A stretch of 24,424 bases of DNA from positions 1 to 24,424 of the forward strand of contig JBEKCB010000045.1 in assembly GCA_050015075.1 (NCBI GenBank). The letters run 5' to 3'. This DNA is from Candidatus Brocadiia bacterium. Lineage in GTDB: Bacteria > Planctomycetota > Brocadiia > CAIUPP01. The position numbers and the translations under genes were made by a program. The notes under the pieces are model-generated. The model was not told the origin of the DNA. It ran no database searches and worked only from the letters and a program-made list of their open reading frames with translations. Every line of letters starts with the position of its first letter. Position 1 is the stretch's first letter. Shown piece by piece: positions 15,918-24,424 of the stretch.

Positions 15918-18254
15918 ATGACCCCGTGTAGGCGTTCTTTCAGGGCAGTCCCCCGAGGCTATGCTTGCGTACTGGCTGAGTATCATTTCAACTCGAGGCA
16001 CATCGCTCTCATCATTGCGGCGTTCATGACATTGGGATGCCTCCCGGCGCTGGCGCAGGAGCAGAAACCCGGGCCGCGGCTCCTCAACTCCTTTGAGACC
16101 GAGGCCGACGCGAAGGCATTCGTCCCCGGCGGCGTGAAGGCCCAGCGCGTTCAGGAGCACGCGACAGACGGCAAGTGGGCGCTGAGGGTGTTCTTCCCCG
16201 GCTCGCCCACGGACACGTGGCCGGGACTCAGGTACGTTCTGCCGGTCAACGACCTCTCGAAGTACGACGCGCTCACCTTCGACGTCTATAACCCCGCAGA
16301 TACGCCGATGGATTTCGCAGTCCGTGTGGACGATGCGAACCGGCAGACGCATTACATCACGGTGCAGTTGAAGGCGAAGGGCTTCACCCCCGTGGAGATC
16401 CGGGTCAAGGAGCTCCGGGCGGATCTGGACACCAGGAAGATCGCGCAAATCTATGTTTACCGCTCCAGGCCGCGCGAGGACTGCACGCTCGACCTCGACA
16501 ACTTCCGACTGGGCTGCCTGCTCGAGCATTACCAGGAGATCCAGTTCGTGGAGGACGCGCCCCTGCCGCCGCTTTCGCCGGAGGACCGGCAGCGCGGCTA
16601 CGTCCTCTTCAAGCGTCACTACATGGACTATGTGATGCCGGTCAGTGTGCCGAAACCGGAGGAGCTGAATCCACGGCTGGAGATTTTTGCGGCGCAGGGC
16701 CAGCGCGAGCCAGCGGCGCTCTGCGTCCGCGCCCTGCAAGACCTGAAACAGGCGATGGTCACGGTCACGCCCCTCACCGGCCCTGAAGGCAGGACGATCG
16801 GCGCCGAGCAGGTGGACGTGCGGGTCGTCCGTTACCTCAACAAACGCCTGACCTATCCTTCAACCGAGTTCATGCTGACGCCCACCTACCTCGAAACGGT
16901 CAGGCCGGAGGATCTCGCACATGACACCGCGCGCTGCTTCTGGCTCACCGTGAACGTGCCGGCCAACGCCGAGCCCGGCCTCTACCAGGGCGAGGCCGCC
17001 TTCTCGGCGCAAGGGTGTCCGGAGGCGCGCGTGCCGTTCCGCCTGCGCGTCCTGCCTTTCACGCTCGAGGAGCCGCCCGGCCTGGCCTTTGGCGTTTGCT
17101 ACCGGCCGTGGAACTTGAAGGCGCTCAAAACGAATGCGGAGCGGAAGGCGTACCTTCGCCGCGACCTCCAGGATATGCGCGATCACGGAATGACCTCCGT
17201 CGCCCTTTGCGTCGGACTCGATCCGGGCCAGATCGCCATCAAGGACGGGAAGGTGAGCCTGGGCATGGACGGGACCTCCGTGTTTGAAATGGTCATGGAC
17301 GCTTACCGCGACCTGCGCTTCTCCGAACCGATCCTCCTGCTGGACGACGCCGCGCAGAACTACGCGGCGGCCAAACACCCGCTGGGCAGCGCGGAATTTG
17401 CGAAGGACTACCAGCTCGTGCAGGTTGCGATCCGCGACGCGGCCCGGCAACGCGGTTGGCCGGAGATCATCCAGCAGGCCGTGGACGAGCCCGTCTGGGA
17501 GAATCCGGCCCAAGCGGCGATGGACCGCGCCGTACGCTGCCTGAGGCTCCTGAAGGAGATCCCCGGCCAGCGCACCGAACAGGACGGCCCCGGCGACAAA
17601 TACTTCCATGAGATCGCCGGCCCGTTTGCCGATGTATGGAACTACAACGGCGGCTTCGCCGCGCGCGAAGTAATCCGCCAGGCCAAGGCGCAGGGTCACC
17701 TGATCTGGATCTACAACTGCGATGTCGAAGGATTCCGGCCGGAGGTCGAGCGTTATGCCGCGGGCTTCCATCTTGCCGCCGCGGACGGCGACGGCGTCTA
17801 TAACTGGGAGTACCGCGGCGATGCCAGCGACTTGTACGACGATTTCGAAGGCTCGAACGGCAACTTCGTCATGTGGTACCCGGCCGGCGAGAAATCCACC
17901 GGCGGGCCTTCGATCGGCTGGGAGGGCTTCCGTGCGGGGATTAACGATCAGAAGTACATTGCGCTCCTGCGCCGGACGATCGCGGAATGCCGTAGCAGCC
18001 GCGTCCCAGGCGAGATCGCCGCAGCGGACCGTGCCCAGACGGTGCTCGATGAAATTCTCTCAAGTCTCGTCTATAGCCCCGACCTGCGCGGGACTGCGAA
18101 GTGGGACAGCACCTCCGCGGACGCAGACGGCCACAAGCGAGTGCACGGCCGGTACAAGCTCCCCAACGGTTGGGAAACGGGAACTTACGACACCGCGCGC
18201 CGGCGCATCGCCGAGGCGATACTGGTTATGAAGGAGAGCGAACCGCGGAGATAG
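15918..18254 (+). CDS. Large secreted putative glycoside hydrolase (N-terminal CBM-like domain, GH123/DUF4091-like core); start uncertain
   Basis: 778-aa ORF with strong GC3 bias. Hydrophobic signal ending PALA; LLNSFE...HATDGKWALRV...DLSKYDALTFDVYNP; VDEP; WEGFRAGINDQKY. Confidence 0.7.
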   Translation: MTPCRRSFRAVPRGYACVLAEYHFNSRHIALIIAAFMTLGCLPALAQEQKPGPRLLNSFETEADAKAFVPGGVKAQRVQEHATDGKWALRVFFPGSPTDTWPGLRYVLPVNDLSKYDALTFDVYNPADTPMDFAVRVDDANRQTHYITVQLKAKGFTPVEIRVKELRADLDTRKIAQIYVYRSRPREDCTLDLDNFRLGCLLEHYQEIQFVEDAPLPPLSPEDRQRGYVLFKRHYMDYVMPVSVPKPEELNPRLEIFAAQGQREPAALCVRALQDLKQAMVTVTPLTGPEGRTIGAEQVDVRVVRYLNKRLTYPSTEFMLTPTYLETVRPEDLAHDTARCFWLTVNVPANAEPGLYQGEAAFSAQGCPEARVPFRLRVLPFTLEEPPGLAFGVCYRPWNLKALKTNAERKAYLRRDLQDMRDHGMTSVALCVGLDPGQIAIKDGKVSLGMDGTSVFEMVMDAYRDLRFSEPILLLDDAAQNYAAAKHPLGSAEFAKDYQLVQVAIRDAARQRGWPEIIQQAVDEPVWENPAQAAMDRAVRCLRLLKEIPGQRTEQDGPGDKYFHEIAGPFADVWNYNGGFAAREVIRQAKAQGHLIWIYNCDVEGFRPEVERYAAGFHLAAADGDGVYNWEYRGDASDLYDDFEGSNGNFVMWYPAGEKSTGGPSIGWEGFRAGINDQKYIALLRRTIAECRSSRVPGEIAAADRAQTVLDEILSSLVYSPDLRGTAKWDSTSADADGHKRVHGRYKLPNGWETGTYDTARRRIAEAILVMKESEPRR

Positions 18255-18370
18255 CCTCAACGGAGACGCAGCTCCTCGCAATGGTGTCGGAGAAGATTGG
18301 GTCTCGGAGGCGAACTGTGATGCCGCCGACGACCAAAGATAACGTGCGAACGCACAGAAACGTACGAGCC

Positions 18371-18386
18371 GCAACGGCTGTGCCAA
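18371..18386 (-). promoter_or_regulatory. sigma54-type -24/-12 motif TTGGCACAGCCGTTGC
   Basis: Matches TGGCAC-N5-TTGC with GG-N10-GC spacing, but no downstream gene on this strand. Confidence 0.35.
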
Positions 18387-18527
18387 TGGGCGAAAAAGGC
18401 CCGAGATATCGTGGGATATTAACGGGGCCGGGATATGAGCAGTCGAGAGCGGGCGGTTACACAAACCGCAACCGCAGCACTCGGCTCTGAAATTGGTTCC
18501 GGCACATTGAACAAAGGAGAACCGACA

Positions 18528-19697
18528 GTGGCATTGGACATGGTGACGTTGGGCGTGGGGCGGATGGGCTGCTTCATGGTGGCGGCCGTGGTAATCGGTG
18601 CTCTGCTGCCGGCCGGCTGTGCTGCGCGGGGACAAACACCGGGCGGCGGCAACAAAGCGGCCACGTGGCCGCCGTTCCAGTTGGCGGCGGAGAGCAACCC
18701 GCGGCCCGCCAGGGTTGATGCCCCGCCGCGCAAGGTGGTCATCGGCACGGTCTGCCATCACATGTACGGCGAGTTTCCGGGCCTGGAAGCGCGCTGTGAA
18801 GAGCTGAAGGCCCGCGTCGAGGAGATGGAAAAGCAGGCCCGCGCCAAGTATAACTGCGGGCTCGACCTGGTGGTGCTGTCGGAGTTCTCGCTGAACGACA
18901 TGAAGCAGCCGCTGGCCATGCAGGCCCTGACACTCGACAGCCCCGGCTTCGTCTATTTCCAGAAGCTGGCCCGCGAGCATCACACCTACCTGGTCATCCC
19001 TTCGATCATCACCGCCGGCGGCAAGTATTACAACTCGGCTGTTCTGCTGGACCGCCAGGGCGCGATGCTGGGCCGCTATGACAAGGCTCACCCAGTGCCG
19101 GACGAGCCGCCGGCCGAGACGTTTGAGGGCGGCGTGACGCCGGGGATGAGCTTCCCGGTGTTCGATTGCGACTTCGGGCGGCTGGGCCTGCAAATCTGTT
19201 TCGATTACATGCACGAGGAAGGCTGGCACGAGCTGGCCATGCAGGGGGCCGAGATCGTCGCCTGGCCGACGCAGTCGCCGAGCGTGACGGTGGCGGCGGC
19301 GCGGGCGGTCAACAACCGCATCTTCATCGTTTCGAGCACCTGGCGCAACGACGCCGTGGTCATCGAGCCGACCGGCCGCCTGGCGGCGGAGTTGCGGCCC
19401 ACGGGCGAGAAGGTCTCGCCGCAAGAGGACGTCCTGGTGACGCAGATTGATCTGGAGTACCGGCTGCTGCCGTGGGACTCGAAGCTCGACAACGGCGAAG
19501 CCCTGAAGAGGAAGTTCGGCAACGACGTGGGCTTCCGCTTCTATCCGGAAGAGGATTGGGGCATTTTCTGGTCGAACAACCCGGCCGTGCCGATTGACAC
19601 GATGGTCCGCTGGCTGGGCATCTGGACGCAGGATCAATACGAGGCGACGGCCCGACAACACCTGGCCCGGGCCCGTGCCCAGGCGCAGGGGAAGTAG
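18528..19697 (+). CDS. Carbon-nitrogen hydrolase (nitrilase superfamily), probable lipoprotein
   Basis: AAAGGAG then GTG; LPAGC lipobox-like; Glu-Lys-Cys triad in VVLSEF, YDKAHP and QICFD. Confidence 0.9.
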   Translation: MALDMVTLGVGRMGCFMVAAVVIGALLPAGCAARGQTPGGGNKAATWPPFQLAAESNPRPARVDAPPRKVVIGTVCHHMYGEFPGLEARCEELKARVEEMEKQARAKYNCGLDLVVLSEFSLNDMKQPLAMQALTLDSPGFVYFQKLAREHHTYLVIPSIITAGGKYYNSAVLLDRQGAMLGRYDKAHPVPDEPPAETFEGGVTPGMSFPVFDCDFGRLGLQICFDYMHEEGWHELAMQGAEIVAWPTQSPSVTVAAARAVNNRIFIVSSTWRNDAVVIEPTGRLAAELRPTGEKVSPQEDVLVTQIDLEYRLLPWDSKLDNGEALKRKFGNDVGFRFYPEEDWGIFWSNNPAVPIDTMVRWLGIWTQDQYEATARQHLARARAQAQGK

Positions 19698-19893
19698 TGG
19701 GCGCGGCGGTTGGAGGGCATCACCTTGGGCCTCCTTGCCCGTAGCGGAGCGAAGTGTGTGCGGCCGACACCGTCGCCATGATCACCGGCGACCTGCCCTG
19801 CGTCGCGAGCCATGATGAACTGGTCAGGGAGCTGTCGGCGTTGGCGGACGACTTGCCTGAAAGTACTCATTTATATTTCCAGGGAGATAGACC

Positions 19894-21588
19894 ATGTTGC
19901 CTTGGAGCCGCATGATCGCGCCGGTAGCCCTGTTGGGGGCCCTTGGAAGCGCGCTGCTTGCGATGGGCGGCGAGCCGGTGGGTGTGACATTCGACCTGGC
20001 GGCCCGCGGGAAGATCATCACCGACAAGTTCAGCGACATCAATATGTGGGAAGTCGATCGGATCTGGACGGAGCAGGCGGCCGAACAACCCAAGGACTAT
20101 TTCGCCGCGAATTTTCCTTTTGTGCGGCGCATCCAGTTGATGGCAGCCACCGGCGGCAATGAGCAGCGTGACCTGTTCAAGAATCCCCTGGACCGGACAA
20201 TCCTCACCGATTACGACTTCAGCAGACTGGTCCGGGCTTGCGAGAATATCGTCGCCATGGGCCTCAAGCCGATGATCAAAACCGGCTGGGTGCCGCTGAA
20301 GCTCAGCGCGGATCCGCACATCAGCCGCGCGTTTCGCACCAACGTCCGCCCACCTGCGGACTATGACGCTTACTACGCTTACATCAAGGCGATGGCGGAG
20401 GCCCTCAAGCAGCACTTCGGAATTGCGCAACTGAGGACGTGGACGTGGGGCGTGGGCGTCGAGTATGAGAACCGAGGCTGGTTTGAGGCTGAGGACGGCA
20501 AGCCCGAGACGACCCGCCTGGCTTATTTCCGGTTGTACGACACGACCGCGGCGGCTCTCGAAGACGCTCTGGGCGCCGAGAACGTGACCATCGGCGCGCA
20601 CAGCATGAGCGTCCAGGCGGGCTCCTGGAGATTCTGGGACGCGCGCGATTTCATCGAGCATTGCGCGAACGGCGAGAATCTCAGACGGATAGGGCACAAA
20701 GGAACGCACCTCGACTACCTGGCTATTTCGTACTACACGCGGACGCCCGGCTTCGATCCTGACCAGTTCCTGGCTTCCATTGCGAGCGTTCGAGAGAAGG
20801 CCATGCAGGTCGGACTCACGAATTTGAAGTACGGCGTTGACGAGGGGCGCGTGCTCGACGGCCCGGACCGAAAGGTGCTGATCGCACGCGAGGCCGAGCA
20901 CCCCATCCAAGCCGCCGGCGATGCCGAGCTTTTCCACCTGATGGTGGACCACGACGTGGATTACTTCTCAACCTGGGGCGTGACGACCGATGAGCTGTTC
21001 GGCGACGTGCCGATCGTCGGGGCCAATCTTCGCAATCTGGCGTTTCGCATGAACGGCAGCGCCCTGCTGAAGTCTCAGCGATCAGGCCGCCCCGCGGATG
21101 CCGCCGACGATGTCAGCGGCCTGGCGGGCTACGATGCCGCGACGAAGACCCTCCACGTGCTGCTCTACAACTTCAACCGGAATCCCGACGCCGCGTCCAG
21201 CGAGGAGCTGGCCGTCTCAATCGCCCACGTTCGGCCCGCTGGCGATCACGCGACTCTCCGCTCCTGGCCATTGGACGAAGACCACGGCAACTGGTGGAAG
21301 GCGTGGCAAGCTGATGTCGCCGCCCGGAAGATGCCGCCCGAGGCCTTCAGGCACACGACCTGGACGCTCAGTCTTCCGCGCGAGTTGAACAACCCCGCCG
21401 ACGCCGAATTCTGGAAATCGCGAGCGGCCGATTATGCCAAGCTGGGCCAACTCCGCTCGGACGACGAGCCCCTTCGACCCGGCGTCGGCGACACGATCTC
21501 GTGGCCAGCGCGGCTGAAGCCGAATGCAGTCGTCCTGTATGAACTATTCCCGGTTGAGCCCGTTGGGCCGTCCGATCCGTCACGCTAG
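19894..21588 (+). CDS. Secreted GH39-like glycoside hydrolase
   Basis: GGGAG RBS, signal peptide, YDFSRL...GLKP, PPADYDAY, WGVGVEYEN, YFRLYD, LDYLAISYY, VDEG. Confidence 0.7.
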   Translation: MLPWSRMIAPVALLGALGSALLAMGGEPVGVTFDLAARGKIITDKFSDINMWEVDRIWTEQAAEQPKDYFAANFPFVRRIQLMAATGGNEQRDLFKNPLDRTILTDYDFSRLVRACENIVAMGLKPMIKTGWVPLKLSADPHISRAFRTNVRPPADYDAYYAYIKAMAEALKQHFGIAQLRTWTWGVGVEYENRGWFEAEDGKPETTRLAYFRLYDTTAAALEDALGAENVTIGAHSMSVQAGSWRFWDARDFIEHCANGENLRRIGHKGTHLDYLAISYYTRTPGFDPDQFLASIASVREKAMQVGLTNLKYGVDEGRVLDGPDRKVLIAREAEHPIQAAGDAELFHLMVDHDVDYFSTWGVTTDELFGDVPIVGANLRNLAFRMNGSALLKSQRSGRPADAADDVSGLAGYDAATKTLHVLLYNFNRNPDAASSEELAVSIAHVRPAGDHATLRSWPLDEDHGNWWKAWQADVAARKMPPEAFRHTTWTLSLPRELNNPADAEFWKSRAADYAKLGQLRSDDEPLRPGVGDTISWPARLKPNAVVLYELFPVEPVGPSDPSR

Positions 21589-21806
21589 TGTTTAGTTGCG
21601 TAAATTGGCGTACTAATTTACGCAACTAAACACGGCCCAACGGAACGTGTAACTCCTAAGAAAATGCGCGCTCGGCGCGCATTTTCTATTGATGCACCAG
21701 CCGCGCAGCCGTCGGCTCGGCTAATGTGCTCGGCATAACGACGCGGCTTATTGCGGTCATGCTTCCTTGCGGAAATAGGACGCCAATTTCCGCAAGGAAG
21801 CACTAG
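21585..21806. repeat. 222-bp CTAG-bounded MITE/REPIN-like element made of two inverted palindromic units
   Basis: Left unit CTAGTGTTTAGTTGCGTAAATTGGCGTACTAATTTACGCAACTAAACAC; right unit (reverse complement) CTAGTGCTTCCTTGCGGAAATTGGCGTCCTATTTCCGCAAGGAAGCA. Confidence 0.8.
21659..21687. terminator. Bidirectional intrinsic terminator-like hairpin
   Basis: Perfect 13-bp stem AGAAAATGCGCGC-TCG-GCGCGCATTTTCT. Confidence 0.7.
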
Positions 21807-21964
21807 TCTCACGCATCCCAACATTTCCCAACAGCCGGGGACCGCGACATCGGCGTTCTTTGACGAATGTCCGGCCCTGATGGCGGCCCTTGCCCGTTCG
21901 AGGTAAAGCCACGGGAAGCCGTTACAGCAGTTCAGACAGCGCCCGCAGTGTTCGGTGTGCCCGC

Positions 21965-22084
21965 TCATGGCCGCACCGCTTTCACCATCGCCAAGATAGC
22001 GGCCTTCCTCGGCTCGGGAAGCGATGACCACGCGCGGACGCTTTCGGCCAGATCGGGGGTCAGTTCAGTCACATTCGCGGTCAA
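21965..22084 (-). CDS. Small att-adjacent hypothetical protein (start uncertain)
   Basis: TPDLAESVRAWSSLPEPRKAAILAMVKA matches the DPDL..V..AW..LP...RA.ILA.V peptide that I recall beside island att sites in Planctomycetota. Confidence 0.55.
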   Translation of the reverse strand: MTANVTELTPDLAESVRAWSSLPEPRKAAILAMVKAVRP

Positions 22085-22145
22085 CAGCGCGGTGGCATGC
22101 GCTGAAAGGCTTGTATTTACTGGCGATTCCGAAGACAGCGAAGGC

Positions 22146-22189
22146 TTGCAAAACCATCCACCCCGGTTCGAATCCGGGCGCCGCCTCCA
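22146..22189 (+). other. 3' fragment of tRNA-Cys(GCA), island attachment site
   Basis: Anticodon loop TTGCAAA, ACCAT, T arm CCCGG-TTCGAAT-CCGGG, acceptor CGCCGCC-T-CCA. No 5' acceptor strand (GGCGGCG) or D arm upstream. Confidence 0.88.
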
Positions 22190-22191
22190 AA

Positions 22192-24424
22192 TCAACGATA
22201 CGTGTCCTTCAAGCTCCGCACGCGCAGTTCCCGCCGGAACGCCGCCAAAGACAGCGCCCGCGACGGCTCAACGAGGACCTCGACGGGTTGCCGCGGCTGA
22301 AGATGAAAGAAGTTATCGGAGAAGCGCGCGTCGGCGCCGGGGAGTTCGAGCCAGACCCAGAGCGCCGGGCGCGCGGCGGTGAGACCGACGCGGACGGCGC
22401 CGGCTTCGGCGCGCGAGACGGCGACTTTAATCCCCGGGTCCGCAAGTTCCAGATGCTTCGGTCTGGCGAAGGTGACAAGGTCGGCGGATACGGAGCGGCC
22501 GCGGACGCTCAGGTCGAGCCATAGGAGCAGGTTGCGCGGTCCGCGCGCGTCGAGATGCGGCTTGAGGTCGAGCGTCCGGACGAGCCGGCTGGTCCGGGCC
22601 GGCAGCCGCACGGGGCAGGAGCCGGTCTCCAGTCTTTCGCCGGCCACGGTGTTGACTCTCCACGACAGAACGCCTTCACACGCCTGCAGCAGATCGCTCG
22701 TCGCATGCGCTTCGACGCGGCCGGTCTTCAGGTCCTCCACGCCGGAGACGAGCAGCGGCGCGTAAAACCGCCTGGCCATGTAATGCAGCGCCTTCCATCG
22801 CTTGAGATAGTCAATGGATGACCAGCTTGCGACGGGCCAGCAGTCGTTGAGCTGCCAATAGAGCGTGCCCATCGTGCGCGGCATGCTGCGGCGCCAGTGC
22901 TCGACGGCGTATTTCATCCCCACTCCATGCAGAATCTGGCTGAGCCAGAGGGCATTATCGAAGTCCCTGGGCAGGCGGAACCACTCCAGCATGTACTGGA
23001 AGATGAGGCTGTTGCCGATGCCGCTGCGCTGGTGATGTTCCATGACGTAAGAGGTGACGTTGCGATCGGCCGGCGCGGTGAAGAGGCGGACTGTGCGCGG
23101 CTCGGGGAAGGACTGGAAGCCGAACTCGCTGCAGAAGCGGTGGAGGTTGGCGCGGTAGCTCTCGAACGGCTTCCGACCGTGCCACACTTCCCAGAGGTGC
23201 GCGTCGCCGCAGGCGGGGTTGTTGAATTTGCTCCGGTCGCCGCAGGGATTATGCGGGCTGCAGGGCCAGTACGCGCGCTCGGGATCGTTCCGGCGCACCA
23301 CTTCGGGCAGAAGCTTGTCGAAAAGTTTCCCGTAGTCCCGCCAGCTCATGCGGGGCGGCTGGGCCGACCAGCGATCGCCCACGAGCCCCTGCTCCAATTC
23401 GTTGTTCCCGCACCAGAAGGCGATGCAGGCATGATGGCGCAGGCGGCGGACCTGGTATTCGGCCTCGGCGCGGACGCTGCTCAGGAACGCGCGGTCGAAG
23501 GCGGGATAGGTCGAGCAGGCGAACATGAAGTCCTGCCAGATGCAGAGGCCTAACTCGTCGCAGAGGTTGTAGAAATCCTCGCTCTCGTAGACGCCGCCGC
23601 CCCAGACGCGGAGCATGTTCATGTGGGCGCCGGCGGCGCTGCGGAGGAGCGACTCATAGTCGCCCAGGCCGACGCGCACGGCGAAGGCGTCGGCGGGAAT
23701 CCAGTTGGCGCCCTTGGCGAAGAAGGGCACTCCGTTGACGGCGAACCGGAACGATTCTCCCCAGCGGTCCTTCTCCCGCTGGAGTTCGAGCGTCCGAAGG
23801 CCGATGCGGCGGACGGTGTTATCAATGAGGTGGTCGTCGGCATCGAGCAGGTCCACCACGACGCAGTACAGCGGTTGATCGCCCATGCCGTTCGGCCACC
23901 AGAGTTTCGGGCTGCGGATGGTCAGTTCAGCATCGGCGGCGCGGCCGCGGACCGGCGCGACGGCATGTGCCACCGCCTTATCCTGAAGCAGGACCGTGAC
24001 GCGGATATGCGTCGCCGCCGCTGAACGGCGCGCGCGCTCGACCCCGGCGCGCACGCGCAAAGTCACCGCGCCTGAGCGCGAATGTTCCTGGGTGATGTGC
24101 AGGTCGGCGATCCGCGCGACGTCGAATGCTTCGATGCTGATGGCGCGCCAGATGCCCGCCGTCACCAGCGCCGGACCCCAGTCCCAGCCGAAGTTACAGG
24201 GTTCCTTGCGGACCCACGCGCGGCCGGCGACTTCTCGCGGGCCGCCCCAGCCCGCCAGATTCCGTCCTTTCTGTCTGCGCCGAATGTATGGCAGGACGGA
24301 ATTGAATCGGATGCTGATGCGGTTTTCGCCGCGGCGCAGCGCCGGCTTGATGTCGAATTCCCAGAGCCGGTACATGTTGTCCGTCGCGCCCACCTCGCGC
24401 CCGTTGACCGTCACGACGGCGAAC
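22192..24424 (-). CDS. Beta-mannosidase, GH2 (5' end outside the window)
   Basis: FGWDWGP, LWWPNGMGDQPLY, KGANWIPAD, NMLRVWGGG, WQDFMFAC, WCGNNE, SEFGFQSFP, YWQLNDCWP, FSDNFF. Confidence 0.95.
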   Translation of the reverse strand, partial: FAVVTVNGREVGATDNMYRLWEFDIKPALRRGENRISIRFNSVLPYIRRRQKGRNLAGWGGPREVAGRAWVRKEPCNFGWDWGPALVTAGIWRAISIEAFDVARIADLHITQEHSRSGAVTLRVRAGVERARRSAAATHIRVTVLLQDKAVAHAVAPVRGRAADAELTIRSPKLWWPNGMGDQPLYCVVVDLLDADDHLIDNTVRRIGLRTLELQREKDRWGESFRFAVNGVPFFAKGANWIPADAFAVRVGLGDYESLLRSAAGAHMNMLRVWGGGVYESEDFYNLCDELGLCIWQDFMFACSTYPAFDRAFLSSVRAEAEYQVRRLRHHACIAFWCGNNELEQGLVGDRWSAQPPRMSWRDYGKLFDKLLPEVVRRNDPERAYWPCSPHNPCGDRSKFNNPACGDAHLWEVWHGRKPFESYRANLHRFCSEFGFQSFPEPRTVRLFTAPADRNVTSYVMEHHQRSGIGNSLIFQYMLEWFRLPRDFDNALWLSQILHGVGMKYAVEHWRRSMPRTMGTLYWQLNDCWPVASWSSIDYLKRWKALHYMARRFYAPLLVSGVEDLKTGRVEAHATSDLLQACEGVLSWRVNTVAGERLETGSCPVRLPARTSRLVRTLDLKPHLDARGPRNLLLWLDLSVRGRSVSADLVTFARPKHLELADPGIKVAVSRAEAGAVRVGLTAARPALWVWLELPGADARFSDNFFHLQPRQPVEVLVEPSRALSLAAFRRELRVRSLKDTYR

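Larger units (their letters stand above)
1..22189. mobile_element. Right part of a putative genomic island integrated into tRNA-Cys (left end and integrase outside the window)
   Basis: Isolated 3' half of tRNA-Cys at 22146-22189, an att-adjacent small ORF, mosaic unlinked genes and several remnants to the left. The left boundary is not visible. Confidence 0.65.

Noticed and set aside
18060-19661. 533-aa minus-strand ORF (likewise 19867-20952 and 16860-17771)
   Set aside because: Antisense shadows of well-supported plus-strand genes.
21618-21968. Cys-rich ORF MSGHTEHCGRCLNCC...
   Set aside because: Runs through the palindromic repeats, has weak codon bias and matches no family I recognise.
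22115-22189. Intact tRNA-Cys gene
   Set aside because: No 5' acceptor strand or D arm, and the anticodon stem does not pair properly.

Overview
High-GC bacterial window, probably Planctomycetota or a similar lineage (inferred from gene content). It holds the right end of a probable genomic island integrated at tRNA-Cys: a displaced 3' tRNA-Cys fragment at 22146-22189, followed by a convergent GH2 beta-mannosidase that is probably host backbone. The island cargo is a mosaic of mostly unlinked genes: two URO-D/MtaA-family proteins, a ceramidase-like hydrolase, an NTT-like transporter, a UDG-like protein, an FGE-sulfatase-domain protein, a Gfo/Idh/MocA oxidoreductase, GH5, a deacetylase, an amidase, a nitrilase, a GH39-like protein and secreted GH-like proteins. 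Gene remnants lie between them. The main unexplained signal is a dispersed non-coding element with an ~83-bp core (TTGAY-N18-CAGAAT promoter plus a conserved ~55-nt leader). It occurs in six clear copies and one degenerate copy, each pointing into an unrelated cargo gene. Two copies form the inverted arms of a 347-bp bidirectional unit at 487-833. Other notable items are a DGR-target-like 3' end on the FGE gene, a CTAG-bounded 222-bp element whose palindromic arms covary, and deletion-fusion scars. All family calls are motif recognition by eye; no searches were run.
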